Positions 24,692-34,553 of a DNA stretch of 37,432 bases are shown piece by piece (positions within the stretch are counted from its first letter, which is position 1; each line of letters opens with the position of its first letter). This stretch comes from a virus (Duplodnaviria; Heunggongvirae; Uroviricota; Caudoviricetes). The notes under the pieces are model-generated. The model saw nothing but the letters and a program-made list of their open reading frames with translations, was not told the origin of the DNA and made no database searches. The position numbers and the translations under genes were made by a program. The DNA lies in IMG/VR virus record IMGVR_UViG_2724679140_000013; one strand, written 5' to 3'.

Positions 24692-26013
24692 CATCAAAAT
24701 ACTATGCCATACTGACCAGCCAGGGCGCAGCAAGGCTGGCAAACGCGACCATGCTCGGCAGCAAGCTGAATCTGACGCAAATGGCCGTGGGTGATGCAAA
24801 CGGCATATTACCAACGCCAGATCCGACACAAACCAGACTGATTAACCAGAAACGCATTGCTCCGCTGAATATGCTGGATATCGACCCCTCTAATCCGGGC
24901 CAGATTATTGCGGAACAAATCATTCCTGAAAATGAAGGAGGTTTCTGGATCCGTGAGATTGGTCTTTACGATGATGAAGGGATCCTTATTGCAGTGGCGA
25001 ACTGCCCGGAAACCTACAAACCACGATTGCAGGAAGGGAGTGGTCGTACACAGACCATCCGAATGCTCCTTATTGTCAGCAATACAGAGTCTGTCACACT
25101 GAAAATTGACCCGTCAGTAGTCCTGGCAACCCGCAAATATGTGGACGACAGGATGTCTGGTGCATCCTTGCAACTGGACAAATTAATAGAGAAACACATC
25201 AATGCAGAGGATCCGCATACCCAATATGCCCACAAAGAATCCCCGGCGTTTAGCGGCACCCCGACTGCACCAACTGCGGATAAAGCGGATAACAGCAATA
25301 AGCTGGCCACGACAAAATTTGTAAAAGGGGCAATCGCTGATCTGCAGTCAAAATTAGATAATAACCAGCCCGTTGACTGCTATACAAAAGCCGAATCAGA
25401 TACCAGGTATCCGGATTCAGGAAGTGTTGCATACCTGACGAAAAGTACAATTCAGCGTTTTCAGGGAAGTATTGAAGTCAGGGATATTTTCAGTATCTAC
25501 ACATTAAATGATGTAAACGGTCTCAGGCTCGAACCGGGACTAAAAAATAACATTGGACTGAAACGCAGAGGAAAATGGACTTATTACAGCTTCCCGGATA
25601 AGGATGGGGAGCTGGCATTAAAATCTGATTTAACTTCGCTTCTGGACGGTCTGGACATATATCCTGTGGGAGCACCACTTCCCTGGCCATTAGCCACACC
25701 GCCATCGGGTTACTTAATCTGTAACGGACAGCGATTTAACCCGTCCACCTACCCCGGGCTGGCTTCTGCCTATCCAGGTGGTGTCCTGCCGGATTTGCGC
25801 GGTGAATTTATTCGTGGCTGGGATAATGGTCGTGGTGTGGATACAGGAAGACGCATCCTCAGTCAGCAATTCGGCAATACCCCAGTTATGGATTATGAAT
25901 ATCCGGTAGGCAGTGGTTTTTCGGTAACGATTCGCACTGTAGGAAATGATGAAGGTGCAAATGAAACGCGTCCGCGAAATATCGCTTTTTTATATATCGT
26001 GAGGGCTAAATAA
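24688..26013 (+). CDS. H: tail fibre protein (P2 gpH family)
   Basis: 441 aa; conserved P2 H N-terminus (MTSKYYAILTSQGAARLANA...); divergent C-terminal receptor-binding region. Confidence 0.85.
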   Translation: MTSKYYAILTSQGAARLANATMLGSKLNLTQMAVGDANGILPTPDPTQTRLINQKRIAPLNMLDIDPSNPGQIIAEQIIPENEGGFWIREIGLYDDEGILIAVANCPETYKPRLQEGSGRTQTIRMLLIVSNTESVTLKIDPSVVLATRKYVDDRMSGASLQLDKLIEKHINAEDPHTQYAHKESPAFSGTPTAPTADKADNSNKLATTKFVKGAIADLQSKLDNNQPVDCYTKAESDTRYPDSGSVAYLTKSTIQRFQGSIEVRDIFSIYTLNDVNGLRLEPGLKNNIGLKRRGKWTYYSFPDKDGELALKSDLTSLLDGLDIYPVGAPLPWPLATPPSGYLICNGQRFNPSTYPGLASAYPGGVLPDLRGEFIRGWDNGRGVDTGRRILSQQFGNTPVMDYEYPVGSGFSVTIRTVGNDEGANETRPRNIAFLYIVRAK

Positions 26014-26633
26014 TGCAAAAATATAACGTCAATATTCAGGAAGGAAAAATTGGTGAGAACGGTCTGGCCAGCGTGGCCGGATGGGTTAAGTGCTACCTTG
26101 CTAATCCTGTAACACGCGAATACATGGGGTCCACCATGGAATATGTCATGTTCGATGTGTCCCTGTCAGAAGGTGCATATCTGGATGAACCTCAGTTACC
26201 AGTAAAAGCCAGTCAGGCGGTTCGACGCACGGAAGATGGAACAGCCTGGGAAATTGTCGACGATTATCGTGGGATGGAAGCCTTTAATACACAAACCAGA
26301 GAGTCCGTAACCATTAATTTTATTGGTCCATTGCCCGAAATATTAACAATGCACAAACCCACAAGCGAATTTGACAGATGGGATGGCCATCGCTGGGTGG
26401 AGGACAAAGAAGCAGCCAGAAAAGCCAGGATTGATGCTGTCAGAAAACACAAAGCAGCGTTATCAGAAGAAGCGGAAACACGCATCGCTCAGCTTGAGCG
26501 AAAAGTTCGTCTGGAACTTGCATCAGATGAAGAAAAAGAACTGCTGAAAGCATGGGAAATCTACACAATAAAACTCGATGATATCAATCCTGAAATAACA
26601 ACGGATATTAAACTGCCGGAGAAGCCAGAATAA
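26013..26633 (+). CDS. G: tail fibre assembly chaperone (P2 gpG / Tfa family)
   Basis: 206 aa; immediately downstream of H with overlapping stop/start. Confidence 0.8.
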   Translation: MQKYNVNIQEGKIGENGLASVAGWVKCYLANPVTREYMGSTMEYVMFDVSLSEGAYLDEPQLPVKASQAVRRTEDGTAWEIVDDYRGMEAFNTQTRESVTINFIGPLPEILTMHKPTSEFDRWDGHRWVEDKEAARKARIDAVRKHKAALSEEAETRIAQLERKVRLELASDEEKELLKAWEIYTIKLDDINPEITTDIKLPEKPE

Positions 26634-26752
26634 TTAATGTTTCCGGCAATCTATCGGATAACCGGATAAAACCAGCCCCGGCAATTCCGACAGTTTCTTT
26701 TTATAAAAACTTACCGCTGTGACCAGACTGGTTATCAGCGGTTCACTTCATA

Positions 26753-27247
26753 TCAGAACAGTGCTTTAACTGAACTTGTCGTATTATTCAGGGATGCGGT
26801 CACTTTTCCCTTTAGCTCTGACACCATATCGCTGAATGAGGAGGACTGAAGGCGTTCCCGCAGATCTTCGTCGCATCGCTCCAGCGTCAGGGAAAATTCT
26901 ATTTTCTTCGCTTTCCCGTAGCGATCTAACTCAGAACGGGTCGTATTCGTTTCGGTCAGAACATACATGCCATAAATATGTCCGACACCATCAATCAGAG
27001 GCCAGGGTCGCCCTGTATACGCCTGTGTGGTCAGCAGCGACAGTGACACTTCGCCACCTGTAATTTCAGGATAAAGCACGCCGGAAAGAACGATGCGATC
27101 ATCACCTGCACCGATATACTGCCAGCTTGCAGAACGGTTAACGCGTTCATTTTTCACATGCCGCCAGCTTTTGTTTTGCTGCAACTGCTGATGCGGCAAT
27201 GTGCGCAACTCAAAAACAAACATACCGTAAATCATCATCATGACCAT
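26753..27247 (-). CDS. U: tail protein U (P2 gpU family)
   Basis: 164 aa; motifs WQYIGAGDDRIVLSGVLYPEITGG and KIEFSLTL match gpU. Confidence 0.85.
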   Translation of the reverse strand: MVMMMIYGMFVFELRTLPHQQLQQNKSWRHVKNERVNRSASWQYIGAGDDRIVLSGVLYPEITGGEVSLSLLTTQAYTGRPWPLIDGVGHIYGMYVLTETNTTRSELDRYGKAKKIEFSLTLERCDEDLRERLQSSSFSDMVSELKGKVTASLNNTTSSVKALF

Positions 27248-27253
27248 GAATCC

Positions 27254-30064
27254 TTAATCTTTATCGTAAAAACGGCCACGTCCGGCACGGTCACGTCGTT
27301 CCATTTCTGTCCTGACCATTTCACCGACCAGTTTCGCCAGTTCGCGGGGATTCTGCGTAACAACGTTATGCAGATGAACATGAATTTCACCACCAAATCC
27401 GGAGGCAACAGGCTCCCGGTTACGGGGAGGAGCAGGAACAGATGCCACTGGCGATCGTATGGCCTCCGCCACCGGGCGGGAGCTGGCAGCAACAACAGGG
27501 ACCAGCGCCGGAGGCAGCGGAGCCGGGACCACGGGTGTGATATTGATTGCGGGGGCAGGCTTACTGACCTGCGCAATCTTCCGCTCCTGCCACTCCCCAC
27601 GAACGGCAAGTGCGCGTGGCAGGTTCTTAAAGACAATATCGCCGGGGCCAATGCGTTTTTTCGTCTCATCAACCAGCTTACCTGTGTTATCAGCAATTTT
27701 GCTGAGTCTGCGTTGCGTACCGGTATTGCTGTCTGTGAGCGGTTTGTTGTCTTTGGGTTTATCGCCTCCGGTGCCATTTTCCGCTGGCTTCGGCGGATTG
27801 ATTTTCGCCAGATCCCCCTGAAGCAAGGCAACCTTATCCTGAAGAATGGCCGCACGCTGTGCGTCTTCGATTTTCTTTCTCGCCCTTTCCGCTTCATCCG
27901 GAAGCACACCGAGCTTTTCAAGTATCCACGCCAGCGTATCCAGCAGCATTTTTGCAGGCGTCAGAACAAGCTGTAGCGCACCACCAAGAACGTTACCAAA
28001 TACCTCGCCAGCACTGGTGCACTTATCCAGTGTTTCCTTGCTGGACTCCATCGGTGACAGCAGCGATTTAAACCAGTTAAACACCTGGCTGATCCCGCTT
28101 CCGATTATGTCAAAAACAGGGCCAAACCGTTCAAAGGTTTCACGCAGCGGAGCCAGCTTTTCCATAATTCCGCTGAACACCCCGGCAAAAAATGCCTTAA
28201 TCGGGTCCCAGTATTTCCAGATGAGAACCGCCGCAGCCACAAGTGCAGCAGCAACCAGACCAACCGGACTGAACAGCGTCCCGAGAGCACCGCCCAGCAA
28301 AGAGACGGAACCCGTCACCATTCCCCATAGTGCAGGCAACACCCTGACAACATTCATGGAACTGGTCAGAAGAGAAAAACCAAGACGCAACGTGGCCAGC
28401 TTCCCGTAAAGCACCCCAACAACCAGCGATAACGAGCCTACGGTTGCTGTCAATGCCAGCAGCGCACCGCCTGCAATCAGCAACTGGCGCGTCAGTACCG
28501 GATGGGCCTGTGCCAGCGCCGTCACCTTTGTGACCACACGCGTGAGCCACTGTGTGACAGAACGCAGCGGCCCATCAATCAGATCACTGATGCGAATACG
28601 CAGCCCTTCCCATGCGCTGCCGAGTGATTTCAGGTCGCCGTCAAGGTTGTCGGCCATAACCTTTGCTGTACGCTCTGCCTCACCGCGCGCAGCTTCAAGC
28701 TCTTTTCTCAGTTTGGGTAAGGAACCGTTACCCGCCGCATCAACGAGCGCCATAAACGATGTGAAAGCCTCTTCTCCGGCAATGTCCTTAAAGAACGATA
28801 CCCGGTCAACTTCCCCGTATTTGCGGGTGGCTTTATAAAGGTCGGCCAGCACATTCTCCATCGGGCGCATTTTGCCGTTCGCGTCAGAGACGGCCACACC
28901 CAGTTCTTTCAAAGCATCAGCGGTTGCCTTTGGCTGTGTTACCAGACGAGCCAGGCTGGCACGCATTGCCGTCCCGGCATCACTCCCCCTGATCCCCATA
29001 TTCGCCAGCACACCCGCCATTGCTGCGGCCTGCTCCAGCGATATTCCCAGCTTGCCCGCCACCGGACCTGCATATTTCATGGTTTCACCCAGTGCGCGAA
29101 GGTCAGTGTTGGTTCGGGTAAACGCTGCGGTGAGTGTGTCACCGACCCGGTCCATCTGGTCAGCAGAAAGGCCGAACTGCGTCAGGATATTTGAGCCAAT
29201 ATCCGCCGTCTCGCCGAGGTCCATACCGCCAGCCGTTGCCATGTTCAGCACGCCGGGAAGCGCAGCCTGAATGGCTTCTGGTGTGAAGCCAGCCATTGCC
29301 AGAAAGCTCTGTCCACTGGCGGCATCGCCTGCGGTGAACTGTGTTTCAGAGCCAAGTTTTAACGCCTGCTCACGCAGCGCCTTAAACTGCGGGCTGTTTT
29401 TGTCGATTCGCGTCAGTGCCTGAACGCGGGACATCTCTTTCCCGAACCCGATGGCAGGCTGTAAAAAACGCCCGGCAGCATAGCCGCCAGCCGCTGCCGC
29501 GCCAATTGCCAGCGCACCACCCGTTTTCAGTTTTCCCGCTGTTTCCTGCGCGCGCGAATACCGCTCACGCGCCCGTGTTACACGCGCAAGCGCCTGCCGT
29601 TCGCGTTCAAGCTGGTTGTTGTATTGTTCGGTGCGTCTGATGGCCTGCTGGATGGTGTTATCGCTACCTGTCAGGGAAATGCCGTGGCGTTTCAGCTCTC
29701 CGCCAAGTTCCCGCATTTTCTGAATTTCCCGTGTGCGCGATTCGTTCAGGCGTTCAAGCCGGGTGCTTAACTGCTGCATCAGCTTTTGTTGTTTTTCGCT
29801 GAGCACTGTCCCCGAGCGTTGTAACTGTTGAAGGGCGTTAAGCTGGCGTCGTGCTTTCACGATGCCCGCATCCGCTTTACTGACAGCGTCACGGGCGCGC
29901 TCAAATGAACGCGCCTGACGCTCAAGATTTTTGATCGCCCCCTGCGTTCGCTGGATGGAGTCACCAAACTGTCCCATCAGACGGCGGGCGCTTTCGACAG
30001 GCCGGGTCAGCCTGTCAACGGCGCTGAAAGCGACCCGGATATCAAGAGTCTTCATTGTCTGCAT
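27254..30064 (-). CDS. T: tail tape measure protein (P2 gpT family)
   Basis: about 936 aa; coiled-coil N-terminus, Gly/Ala-rich TM-like middle, typical tape-measure composition; start uncertain (candidates ATG 30064, ATG 30055, GTG 30091). Confidence 0.85.
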   Translation of the reverse strand: MQTMKTLDIRVAFSAVDRLTRPVESARRLMGQFGDSIQRTQGAIKNLERQARSFERARDAVSKADAGIVKARRQLNALQQLQRSGTVLSEKQQKLMQQLSTRLERLNESRTREIQKMRELGGELKRHGISLTGSDNTIQQAIRRTEQYNNQLERERQALARVTRARERYSRAQETAGKLKTGGALAIGAAAAGGYAAGRFLQPAIGFGKEMSRVQALTRIDKNSPQFKALREQALKLGSETQFTAGDAASGQSFLAMAGFTPEAIQAALPGVLNMATAGGMDLGETADIGSNILTQFGLSADQMDRVGDTLTAAFTRTNTDLRALGETMKYAGPVAGKLGISLEQAAAMAGVLANMGIRGSDAGTAMRASLARLVTQPKATADALKELGVAVSDANGKMRPMENVLADLYKATRKYGEVDRVSFFKDIAGEEAFTSFMALVDAAGNGSLPKLRKELEAARGEAERTAKVMADNLDGDLKSLGSAWEGLRIRISDLIDGPLRSVTQWLTRVVTKVTALAQAHPVLTRQLLIAGGALLALTATVGSLSLVVGVLYGKLATLRLGFSLLTSSMNVVRVLPALWGMVTGSVSLLGGALGTLFSPVGLVAAALVAAAVLIWKYWDPIKAFFAGVFSGIMEKLAPLRETFERFGPVFDIIGSGISQVFNWFKSLLSPMESSKETLDKCTSAGEVFGNVLGGALQLVLTPAKMLLDTLAWILEKLGVLPDEAERARKKIEDAQRAAILQDKVALLQGDLAKINPPKPAENGTGGDKPKDNKPLTDSNTGTQRRLSKIADNTGKLVDETKKRIGPGDIVFKNLPRALAVRGEWQERKIAQVSKPAPAINITPVVPAPLPPALVPVVAASSRPVAEAIRSPVASVPAPPRNREPVASGFGGEIHVHLHNVVTQNPRELAKLVGEMVRTEMERRDRAGRGRFYDKD

Positions 30065-30571
30065 TCCCGCTGCGAAGTGCCGCCCGCTCACGCCAGCTAA
30101 CCACTTCGCCGGGCGTCATCATGAAGATTTCGGCGGGCGACCAGTTAAAAATAACGGCAATATCTGCCACAAAGTCTTCTATGTGCTCAAAGCACAAAAC
30201 TGTGATCAGGCTTCCGTCGCCTGTTCGTTCTTCCCGCCAGAGTCCGCACCGCTCAAAAAATTTACGGCAACCACGCATAACTGAATAAAGTCACGGGATG
30301 CCATTTTTTTGATCGTCACTTCATCCAGTCGCGGTGATGTCACGCGTGACAGCAGCGTAAACATGGATTCCGCTTTCAGATTCAGCACATCAGACAGCGA
30401 CAAATCTCGCAGAGATCCAGCCTGCTCAATAGCCCCGGTGATCTCCACAAACGTGATTTTTTCGCCGCCACGCTCAATGGGTTGGGTAAGTTTTACGCCA
30501 CGCTCACTGGTTTCTTTCACAGTATCAGCAACTACCGTGTTTTCGGTATCGATGTTTTTCGTCTCTTTCAT
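30042..30571 (-). CDS. E+E' fusion product by programmed -1 frameshift
   Basis: second ORF in -1 frame (open from 30290 to stop at 30042) overlaps E; slippery heptamer T_TTT_TTG in E frame at 30260-30254; E' C-terminus overlaps T start as in P2. Confidence 0.6.
30206..30571 (-). CDS. E: tail assembly chaperone E (P2 gpE family)
   Basis: 121 aa; AAGGAG SD; contains slippery site near 3' end. Confidence 0.75.
   Translation of the reverse strand: MKETKNIDTENTVVADTVKETSERGVKLTQPIERGGEKITFVEITGAIEQAGSLRDLSLSDVLNLKAESMFTLLSRVTSPRLDEVTIKKMASRDFIQLCVVAVNFLSGADSGGKNEQATEA
30254..30260 (-). other. -1 ribosomal frameshift slippery heptamer TTTTTTG
   Basis: minus-strand T_TTT_TTG in E reading frame; shifted frame continues KFFERCGLW... 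to 30042. Confidence 0.6.
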
Positions 30572-30625
30572 CAGGAAACTCCTTTCAGTCAGAGGCGACG
30601 CACTGCGCCGCCTGCATATTACTTA

Positions 30626-31138
30626 TCAGCCAAGCCCAAGTGCGGAACGGATGCGATCGGGCACAATGTCCTTACCGTCCTTCCGGTAAATGAAGTTCAG
30701 CAGGTCAATCTCCCACAACGGACGATCGTTAACGCTCAGCTTGTAGTAGGTGTTTTTAATGGCGTAAGTGTGCGACGTGGCTTCGCCCTGCTTGGCTTCC
30801 CCCATATCAATTTCCGTCACACGTCCGCGCATTTCGACTTCATACAGGTCGCTTTCTGCATCGGTGTAGTATTCGCCCGCAAAACGCAGCAGCGTGCCGT
30901 CAATCGTGCCGCCATACTTAAGGAACAGCTCACGAACTGCGCCCCCCATGACAAAGCTCGCATCAAGCGCGGAGTCGTCCAGACCGAGATCAATACTTAC
31001 CGCGCCCATCATGCCACCACCCCGGTAGCTGTCGGTTTTGCGCGTCAGTTTAGGCAGGGTGACAGACGTCACCTTACCCACTTCGTTTTCACCATCCACA
31101 AACAGCGTAAAAAAGCGAAGATGTTTTGGTACAGCCAT
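30626..31138 (-). CDS. FII: tail tube protein (P2 gpFII family)
   Basis: 170 aa; ATG overlaps FI stop (ATGA). Confidence 0.9.
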   Translation of the reverse strand: MAVPKHLRFFTLFVDGENEVGKVTSVTLPKLTRKTDSYRGGGMMGAVSIDLGLDDSALDASFVMGGAVRELFLKYGGTIDGTLLRFAGEYYTDAESDLYEVEMRGRVTEIDMGEAKQGEATSHTYAIKNTYYKLSVNDRPLWEIDLLNFIYRKDGKDIVPDRIRSALGLG

Positions 31139-32322
31139 CAGGCACCTCCCAGAACCGCAAATGCGGGTCCAAAGAATTCATCAGTAAACGACTGGTAAAG
31201 TTCCATGTCTTCCAGTGGAGGAGCTGGCGTATATTTGTAGCGAATACGCACCCGCCCCTGACGTAAATCCGTGGTGCCGTTATCCACCACGTCATACCAG
31301 CACGACGCCCCAATCAGTTTCCCGGCAGTAACCAGTGAATCCAGTTTTGCCCTGACGGCACTGATAACATCCTTCACATTCACGGGTGTTAATGGGCTGT
31401 CAATGGTTTCAAACTGCGCTTCCGCAATCGTGTCAGCCAGGACCTGTGCGGTACGGGTATACACCTCAAAGATGTAGGCTTTTGTTTCCGGTGTGCGGTT
31501 GCCCCAGAAGCGGAACCCGTTGCGACGAATAATGGTCGTGATTTCCTGGTTGTTGAGGCTGTTGGCATCACTGCCTTCGGCCTGCAACGACCAGAACACA
31601 TGTCTGGACATTCCCAGCACATTTTTAACCGGAACGTTGGACAGCGATTTGTGCCAGCCCTGCTCATGGTCAATGTACGCACGAAGGCCGCACGCATAGG
31701 CAGGCGCGGGGAACACTTCGTTTTTGCCACTTTTCGGGTTCCAGGCGATGAAGTCCGGCCATAAGAGCATCACCTCACGTTCGTTGAATTTCTGGCGGTA
31801 GGTAATTGCCTCAGCCATCGTGTTACAGCCGTGACATGAGGCATACACAAACGCGCGCAGTTTACCCGCAATCACGCACAGGGATTTTGTTACCGCCTCC
31901 GTGTCCAGCTCCGGCGCGGCCAGAATACGCGGACGGTATCCGATGCTTTCCTCCTGCTCTGCAACAAGCAGCGCATACATCCCCGTATAGCTGCCGTCAG
32001 ATTCAGAACCACCGATAACCAGTTGATCCTGCGTCTTACCGCCCTCTTCTTTGTGTTCAGCCACGCGAACGACGATCACCTTTGTGCTCACCTGGTCTGC
32101 GATAGCCTTAAGCGCACGATAAAGCGTCCCCGTTGTTCCGCATTTTCCCAGCACGTCATTGACGCGGGTCAGCAGTGTGGGCTTGTTCAGCGGGAACAGC
32201 TTCGCGTCCGCATCATCCGCCGTTGCCACGATACCGATAACACTGGAATCAACATCGTTAATCGCTGTTACCAGGTCGGTATTTTCCGTAACACGGGCAC
32301 CATGAAAACGAGTTTCACTCAT
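31138..32322 (-). CDS. FI: contractile tail sheath protein (P2 gpFI family)
   Basis: 394 aa; multiple conserved blocks (FPLNKP, RILAAPELDT, LRAF.Y, WPDF.AW, QGWHK.LSNV, FRFWGNRT, YTPAPPLE) match P2 FI; AAGGGG SD. Confidence 0.9.
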   Translation of the reverse strand: MSETRFHGARVTENTDLVTAINDVDSSVIGIVATADDADAKLFPLNKPTLLTRVNDVLGKCGTTGTLYRALKAIADQVSTKVIVVRVAEHKEEGGKTQDQLVIGGSESDGSYTGMYALLVAEQEESIGYRPRILAAPELDTEAVTKSLCVIAGKLRAFVYASCHGCNTMAEAITYRQKFNEREVMLLWPDFIAWNPKSGKNEVFPAPAYACGLRAYIDHEQGWHKSLSNVPVKNVLGMSRHVFWSLQAEGSDANSLNNQEITTIIRRNGFRFWGNRTPETKAYIFEVYTRTAQVLADTIAEAQFETIDSPLTPVNVKDVISAVRAKLDSLVTAGKLIGASCWYDVVDNGTTDLRQGRVRIRYKYTPAPPLEDMELYQSFTDEFFGPAFAVLGGA

Positions 32323-32479
32323 AGCTTCAGCCCCTTGTATCCGTTAAATGATTAGGCAACAATCATCACCCACCACGCGCGTAATCTCACCCCTGCGCCA
32401 TTCTCCCGCCACGGCGACAACAAAAAGCAGTAACCCCCTCCGCACGCACATGCGACCATGCCGCACAGGGAGGGAACAG
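32323..32479. promoter_or_regulatory. divergent intergenic region between FI (minus) and D (plus); expected late promoters
   Basis: 157-bp gap between divergently oriented late genes; no clear Ogr-type dyad recognised. Confidence 0.3.
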
Positions 32480-33589
32480 ATGACCGACACCACCATGCAA
32501 TTGCTCAGTCAGGGCACAGACCCTGTAAAAATGCCGGATTTTGATATTCTCGCGGAGGGTAAAACGCTGTCAGGCGTGGCAGAGCGCCTGATGAGCCTGT
32601 CACTGACCGACAACCGTGGATTTGAGGCGGACCAGCTCACCATCACGCTGGATGATGCGGATGGTCAGTTGCAGCTACCGCCACGGGGCGCGCGCCTGAC
32701 GGTTCTCATTGGCTGGAAAGGAGAACCGCTGACAGAAAAAGGCACTTACATTGTTGATGAAATCGCTCACGAAGGACCGCCGGACAGGCTGACTGTTTCA
32801 GCCAGAAGCGCAGATTTTCGGGATGAATTTAACGTTAAACGTGAGGTGTCCTGGCATGATGTGACCGTTGAGCGTGTGGTATCCGCCATCGCTCATCGGT
32901 ACGGTCTGAAACCACAAATCAGCGAAATACTGATGGATATTGAAATCGACCACGCCGACCAGACCGAAGAAAGCGACATGTCCTTCCTTACGCGCATGGC
33001 GGAAATGCTGGGCGCAATCACCACGGTAAAAAGCGGTAATCTGTTATTCATCATGCCTGGCGGTGGCGTGAACGCACAGGGCCAGCCGTTGCCCTCATTC
33101 GCCATCACACGCAGCAGTGGCGATCGCCATCAGTTCCGCATTGCTGACCGCGAAGCGTATACGGGGGTACGCGCTTACTGGCTTGATCTTAATTACGGGA
33201 AAAAGAAAAAAGTCAGCGTGAAACGCCGCAAACCGCCAAAACCCAAAAAGGAGAAAAGCAGCAGCCGTGAAGGTGATTATATGGAAGGCGCGGAAGGCAA
33301 TGTGTTTGTGTTACGCAAGACTTATCAGAACGAGCAGGCAGCAAGACGCGCAGCGGCGGCGAAGTGGCAGCAGCTACAACGCGGAGCCGCATCATTCTCC
33401 ATCACGCTGGCACGTGGACGAGCAGAACTCTACCCCGAAATGCATGGCACGGTAACAGGATTTAAAAGCGAGATTGATAATCAGGACTGGATTATTGCAA
33501 AAGCCGAGCACACCATTGATAACAGTGGTTTTACCACACAGCTTGAGCTTGAAGCAAAAATCCCGGAATGGATAGCAGAAACAGAGTGA
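32480..33589 (+). CDS. D: tail protein D (P2 gpD family, late control D)
   Basis: 369 aa from ATG at 32480 (GGGAGGG SD); typical gpD features including basic KKKKVSVKRRKPPKPKK patch. Confidence 0.85.
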   Translation: MTDTTMQLLSQGTDPVKMPDFDILAEGKTLSGVAERLMSLSLTDNRGFEADQLTITLDDADGQLQLPPRGARLTVLIGWKGEPLTEKGTYIVDEIAHEGPPDRLTVSARSADFRDEFNVKREVSWHDVTVERVVSAIAHRYGLKPQISEILMDIEIDHADQTEESDMSFLTRMAEMLGAITTVKSGNLLFIMPGGGVNAQGQPLPSFAITRSSGDRHQFRIADREAYTGVRAYWLDLNYGKKKKVSVKRRKPPKPKKEKSSSREGDYMEGAEGNVFVLRKTYQNEQAARRAAAAKWQQLQRGAASFSITLARGRAELYPEMHGTVTGFKSEIDNQDWIIAKAEHTIDNSGFTTQLELEAKIPEWIAETE

Positions 33590-33715
33590 ACAACCTCGAC
33601 GTTTTACTTAATATACAATAGCCTTCTGGACACGGTAAGGCAAGAACAAGGGTAAAAGATCCTTTACTGTCAGAGTTACAGGTTATACCTGTAAGCAAAA
33701 ACAAAGGCATATATT

Positions 33716-34474
33716 ATGTTCAGTTTATTTTCGTTAACTGCCGGAGCAAATGTGCGCTGGCATGATTTACCTGGTAAAGGTATTCCTGTTGTTTTTATTC
33801 ATGGGCTTGGCTGTTCCTCTTCTTATGAATATCCACGGGTTGTTGCAGATCCTGCATTTGGTGGACAACGAGCGATATTGATAGATCTCCCTGGATATGG
33901 ATTCAGTGATAAGCCTAAAGGATTCGATTACAGCATATCCCATCAAGCTAAAGTTGTTATTGAAGTAGTAGAAACCTTAAATCTCTCACAGTTCCATATT
34001 TATGGTCACAGTATGGGGGGAAGTATTGCGATTGAAGTGGCCAGACAACTACATGAGAGAACAAGAAAGCTTGTGGTTTCTGAGCCTAATTTTCACTCTG
34101 GTGGAGGTACCTATAGCCGTAAGATAATAGAGAAACCAGAAGCAGAGTTTATTTCGCATATATATAATGAATTACTGGAGTGTGAAACATCCCCATGGAA
34201 AGGTGAACTCCAGAATGCAGCCCCATGGGCAATATGGCGAGGAGCCAAAAGTCTGGTTGATGGAACCACTCCATCATGGAGAGATATATTCCTTAATCTG
34301 CCCTGTTCACGTACACTAATTTTTGGCGAACAATCATTGCCAGACAATGATTTCCAGCAAATAAAAGAATCTGGAATATCTGTTGCAATAGTGCCAAACG
34401 CTGGACACTCCATGTCATGGGAAAATCCATCAGCACTGGCCTCAATTTTACATACAGAATTTTATAGAAAGTAA
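33716..34474 (+). CDS. alpha/beta-fold hydrolase (esterase/lipase-like), AT-rich cargo gene
   Basis: 252 aa; nucleophile elbow GHSMGG, N-terminal HGLG oxyanion-region motif; markedly lower GC than flanking phage genes. Confidence 0.8.
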   Translation: MFSLFSLTAGANVRWHDLPGKGIPVVFIHGLGCSSSYEYPRVVADPAFGGQRAILIDLPGYGFSDKPKGFDYSISHQAKVVIEVVETLNLSQFHIYGHSMGGSIAIEVARQLHERTRKLVVSEPNFHSGGGTYSRKIIEKPEAEFISHIYNELLECETSPWKGELQNAAPWAIWRGAKSLVDGTTPSWRDIFLNLPCSRTLIFGEQSLPDNDFQQIKESGISVAIVPNAGHSMSWENPSALASILHTEFYRK

Positions 34475-34520
34475 AATAACCTATACATAGATATTGTTTC
34501 CACCAACATCATATTATCAA

Positions 34521-34553
34521 AGAGCAGGGCAAATTTACCTCCTGCTCTTTTAC
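34521..34553 (+). terminator. intrinsic terminator after hydrolase gene
   Basis: hairpin agagcagg ... cctgctct followed by TTTT. Confidence 0.55.

Noticed and set aside
26634-26752. Short cggata-type inverted repeats at the borders of the inverted tail block as recombination sites
   Set aside because: Only about 9 bp and imperfect (cggataaaa at the left border versus the reverse complement of ttgtatccg at the right); too weak to distinguish from chance.
27158-28409. Several 180-270-aa ORFs on both strands overlapping the tape measure gene
   Set aside because: Nested in the tape-measure coding region; Ser/Arg/Pro-rich artefactual translations; tape measure protein is well supported.
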